Positions 54,212 through 56,938 of a stretch of 56,938 nucleotides of DNA are shown here, one piece after another. A program made the translations under genes and the position numbers. Numbering within the stretch: the first letter of the stretch is position 1; every line of letters begins with the position of its first letter. The notes under the pieces are model-generated. The model searched no databases, was not told the DNA's origin, and worked only from the letters and a program-made list of their open reading frames with translations. Origin of the DNA: a virus; IMG/VR virus record IMGVR_UViG_3300045988_173917, positions 1 through 56,938 of that record; one strand, written 5' to 3'.

Positions 54212-54293
54212 AGAACATTACTGTAATGGAATTGAAATATATATAGGGTTGATTGCCTTTAATTGTCTTAAATCGAACCAACAGTAATGTTCT
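54212..54293 (+). ncRNA. Structured RNA unit C
   Basis: AGAACATTACTGT (54212-54224) pairs perfectly with ACAGTAATGTTCT (54281-54293). GGAATTGAAAT lies at 54228-54238. Inner TGG:CCA helix. TCTG and T9 follow. Confidence 0.6.
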
Positions 54294-54317
54294 TCTGTTT
54301 TTTTTAAATTTAAAACG

Positions 54318-54608
54318 ATGGTAACTGAAGAAAAAATTGTCGACCTGTTAGGGGATTATGTTTCATGTATATCCCTAACCGAAGAACAGAAAGAATTAAC
54401 ACCTGAACAGAAAGAGTTTTATCAGGCTGCGGATGTTTGCCTTGAAATCCTGAAAAGGACAAGGTTAATATCCGGAATAGTAATAAAGCGGCCGGATGAA
54501 TTTAAAGAGGCATGGGAAGAAGATAAGCCTGAGTTTGATTTTATGTCTAAATACGCTATTTCTACCTGCGAAATAGCTGATGAAGTCATGAAAAAAATCC
54601 GGGAATGA
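54318..54608 (+). CDS. Hypothetical acidic helical protein, translationally coupled to the Cas6-like gene
   Basis: 96 aa, with an ATGA stop/start overlap at 54605-54608. Confidence 0.55.
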   Translation: MVTEEKIVDLLGDYVSCISLTEEQKELTPEQKEFYQAADVCLEILKRTRLISGIVIKRPDEFKEAWEEDKPEFDFMSKYAISTCEIADEVMKKIRE

Positions 54609-55366
54609 GAATAAAAGTAATCCTAAATGCTGATCCCGGAGATTTTATTGATATTAATTATCAATATAGCTTAGCAGCCTGGATTTATCGCGTTATGGAT
54701 AAATCGAATTCGGGATCGGCAGAATTTTGGCATAATTCCGGGTTATCATTTTCTGAAACAGACAATCGGCGTTATAAATTTTTTACATTTTCTAATCTGT
54801 ATATTCCGAAGTTCAGGCTGGAAGGAAGGAGAATGTATATTTTGTCGGATTATATTTCATTTATTTTCTCTACATATATAGATGAAATTGGATGTGATTT
54901 TATCGGGGGATTATCTGAAAACCCCGGATTTTATGTTGGTAAATATCTTAAAGTAAAAGAAATACAGGTATTAAGAGAAGATGATATTAAATCAGGCGTA
55001 ATACTAAAGGCCAAATCTCCTATTTACGTTCAGTCGGATAGTCTGCATTTAAATCCGATAGAACATAAAGATATTTACTCTGCTGCAATACACAAAAATT
55101 TAGCTTCTAAATATAACGTATTTTATAAGTCTGACCGCCACGATTTTATTCAGACCTCTGTAACGATTGTGTCTGGAATTAGACAAAAACTGATTACTAT
55201 AAAAGAAGGGAAGGATTCAGAGACTAAAATTAAAGGATTTCTCTATACATTTAAAGTCGAAGGTGATCCGGACCTGATCGAAATAGGTTATAAATGCGGA
55301 TTTGGGCAAGGGAATGCGATGGGGTTCGGTTTTGTCGATGTGATAGAACAAAAGGATGGAATATAA
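54605..55366 (+). CDS. cas6: Cas6-family CRISPR-type endoribonuclease (orphan; no other cas genes in the window)
   Basis: MRIKVIL...IDINYQYSLAAWIYRVM N-terminus and YKFFTFSNLY. The C-terminal G-rich loop IGYKCGFGQGNAMGFGFVDV closely parallels the Pyrococcus Cas6 VGYEVGFGEKNSLGFGMVKV as I recall it. Length is 253 aa. Confidence 0.85.
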   Translation: MRIKVILNADPGDFIDINYQYSLAAWIYRVMDKSNSGSAEFWHNSGLSFSETDNRRYKFFTFSNLYIPKFRLEGRRMYILSDYISFIFSTYIDEIGCDFIGGLSENPGFYVGKYLKVKEIQVLREDDIKSGVILKAKSPIYVQSDSLHLNPIEHKDIYSAAIHKNLASKYNVFYKSDRHDFIQTSVTIVSGIRQKLITIKEGKDSETKIKGFLYTFKVEGDPDLIEIGYKCGFGQGNAMGFGFVDVIEQKDGI

Positions 55367-55395
55367 TTCTATAGATAGTTAAAAAAGGACCGGGA

Positions 55396-56652
55396 CTATT
55401 CCCCGGTCTTTTCATACAATACATAGTCTATTACTTTTCTATTTGCTTCGTCTACTTGTGTGTAGTCATATTCACGGTATTTCTCAATCATTAATCCAGT
55501 AACTGAATGCATTAATCCTTTGTCTATTGTGGAATCCGGTATTCTTAATTGTCCTGCAATTGTTGCCCATGAATGTCTGGCATAGGTAAAACTAAAATGA
55601 GGGATTTTATCTTTTTCATTTTTAATATTCCTATTCATTTCTTCTATGTCCGATTTTATCCTGTCATCGATAAAGTGTGTTAGCTGTTTGTGGTTTTTGT
55701 ATTTAGTTTTAATCATTCTTATTTTATTTGGATCAGCATACTTTTTAATTATTTCTAATATTTCAGGTTGCAATTTTAACTTTAGACGTACCTCTCTTGC
55801 TGTACGTGCTGTTTTTAGACGACTAATATCTATATAATTTTCAAAGTAAGGTAAATAGAAAATATCCTTCATATTCATTCCACATAGAAAGAAGGATAAA
55901 AAGAAGAAATCACGTCCAATCCCAGGGCGTTGATAGAATTTTCGTAAGACTTCTATGTCAAGTTTTCTTATCTTTGCTTTATAATCCGATGGAATTGAAA
56001 TGGCATCAAATGGGTAAAGATCCCGGCTTATTACCTTTTGTCCAATTGCCACCTTAAAAACTCTTCGGATACAACGGAGATATTTTGTAAACGACACTTC
56101 TTTCTTATTTGTTCCTTTAAGAAAGAATTTTTTTAATTCTATAAGAGTATAGCTATCTATGTTCTGAAAGTAAATTTTATCAGTTTTAAAGAACTTTATT
56201 AATAAATTTTTGGTCCATCTGAATGTATCTGCGTAAGCCTTTCTTTTCATTTCTTCAGTAACCTCTTCGGATTCAAGGTCAAATATAATTTTATCAATGG
56301 TTCTTATAAAATCTGTTGATTGTTCGACTGGTTTCCCTAAATTCAATCTTATTCTGTCATAAGACATGAAAATTTGTTTTAAGGTCATGACTGACATATC
56401 CTTAACGGATTCTCCCAATTCTTTATAATAATCCTGATATCTGCCTTTTTGAGCAAATAAATCTGAGTTCCATTTCGCTGCCTCTGGAAATTCTTTCTTT
56501 ATAATTCCATTCCCCTGATCAAAAAAACTGGGCTCAATATAGTAGTTAGTCGGAATAAAAGTAGGATTTTTCCCTTTTTTCTTAATCTTAATTTTAATGT
56601 TTCCTTTTCCTGTCTTTCCTGAAACATCCCTTAGCACGACACTTAATTCCAT
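55396..56652 (-). CDS. int: Tyrosine recombinase / phage integrase
   Basis: 418 aa. FTYARHSWAT (HxxR region) and a C-terminal H...Y region (LMHSVTGLMIEKYREYDY). Adjacent to attR and the tRNA. Confidence 0.88.
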   Translation of the reverse strand: MELSVVLRDVSGKTGKGNIKIKIKKKGKNPTFIPTNYYIEPSFFDQGNGIIKKEFPEAAKWNSDLFAQKGRYQDYYKELGESVKDMSVMTLKQIFMSYDRIRLNLGKPVEQSTDFIRTIDKIIFDLESEEVTEEMKRKAYADTFRWTKNLLIKFFKTDKIYFQNIDSYTLIELKKFFLKGTNKKEVSFTKYLRCIRRVFKVAIGQKVISRDLYPFDAISIPSDYKAKIRKLDIEVLRKFYQRPGIGRDFFFLSFFLCGMNMKDIFYLPYFENYIDISRLKTARTAREVRLKLKLQPEILEIIKKYADPNKIRMIKTKYKNHKQLTHFIDDRIKSDIEEMNRNIKNEKDKIPHFSFTYARHSWATIAGQLRIPDSTIDKGLMHSVTGLMIEKYREYDYTQVDEANRKVIDYVLYEKTGE

Positions 56653-56751
56653 GATTTTTATATTTTTTTAACTATAAAATGAGCTAAAAATAGCTCTAAA
56701 ACTCAATTTTGAACGTCATTTTTTATGAATTGTTTCAAAAACACTGAAAAA

Positions 56752-56772
56752 TTTCTACTAGATTTCTACTGG
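56752..56772. repeat. Two TTTCTACT(A/G)G motifs near attR (arm-type site candidates)
   Basis: TTTCTACTAG at 56752-61 and TTTCTACTGG at 56763-72. The same motif occurs at 107-135. Confidence 0.5.
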
Positions 56773-56881
56773 AATAACCCCTTTTTTAGCACAAAAGTGT
56801 GTTTTTTGTTACTTTTTACTTCGGATGTAAGGAACAAAAAAAGGAGTCAGATTATATCTAACTCCTTGATTTTCAATTTGT

Positions 56882-56938
56882 ACCCAGGGCGGGAATCGAA
56901 CCCGCACGTCTGTTGAGGACACTGGATTTTGAGTCCAG
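56882..56938 (-). tRNA. 3' part of tRNA-Leu(CAA) (attR); the gene probably continues beyond the window edge
   Basis: Identical to 1-55, plus acceptor nt and discriminator (..CCTGGGTA on the minus strand). The 5' half would lie at coordinates above 56938. Confidence 0.8.

Larger units (their letters stand above)
1..56938. mobile_element. Integrated temperate prophage (siphovirus-like, Bacteroidales-type gene content) inserted in a tRNA-Leu gene
   Basis: Identical 55-nt direct repeat at both window ends. A tyrosine integrase lies next to the right repeat. A full lysogeny, replication, packaging, head, tail and lysis gene set lies between the repeats. Confidence 0.9.

Noticed and set aside
53997-54293. 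Canonical CRISPR array next to cas6
   Set aside because: Only about 11-18 nt (..CTGYA..GGAATTGAAAT) are conserved between units. The rest of each would-be repeat is unit-specific and is complementary to a distal arm of the same unit. There are only three units, with individual promoter-like and T-rich terminator-like flanks. This is not a repeat-spacer-repeat organisation, so I report the units as structured RNA units instead.

Overview
The window is one complete integrated temperate prophage of about 56.8 kb, siphovirus-like and Bacteroidales-style. It is bounded by a 55-nt perfect direct repeat (1-55 and 56884-56938) that is the 3' part of a minus-strand tRNA-Leu(CAA), giving attL and attR. 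A tyrosine integrase sits next to attR. Layout from left to right: (1) attL, a PD-(D/E)xK nuclease moron, and a CI-like repressor on the minus strand. (2) A plus-strand early/replication arm (2.3-22.1 kb) with a Cro-like gene, an ORF-poor RNA island carrying tRNA-Cys, tRNA-Thr and tRNA-like modules, a YqaJ exonuclease, SSB, three HNH nucleases, a diversity-generating retroelement, MazG, a DUF4373-like protein plus DnaB, YopX, a PAPS-reductase-like protein, KilA-N and ASCH. (3) A terminator-insulated GHKL-ATPase + STAS-like two-gene moron. (4) A minus-strand late arm (52.2 down to 23.7 kb) with ParB-like, terminase, portal, head, tail (with a G/GT-type -1 frameshift), tape measure, Dit, a 1742-aa Tal/fibre, lysis genes and unknown accessory genes. 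(5) A right-end accessory module with an XRE regulator, acidic proteins, three structured RNA units and an orphan Cas6-family gene. The most interesting items are three. First, the orphan Cas6 gene is preceded by three covarying long-stem RNA units, each carrying a CRISPR-repeat-like GGAATTGAAAT motif, with no other cas genes in the window. Second, the DGR has one TR and two VRs (20 of 21 mismatches at TR adenines), and its targets are small paralogous early-region proteins rather than a tail fibre; no Avd-like gene is recognisable. Third, the GHKL/STAS cassette is a candidate accessory or defence module. All functional calls come from motif recognition and synteny read by eye; no database search was run.
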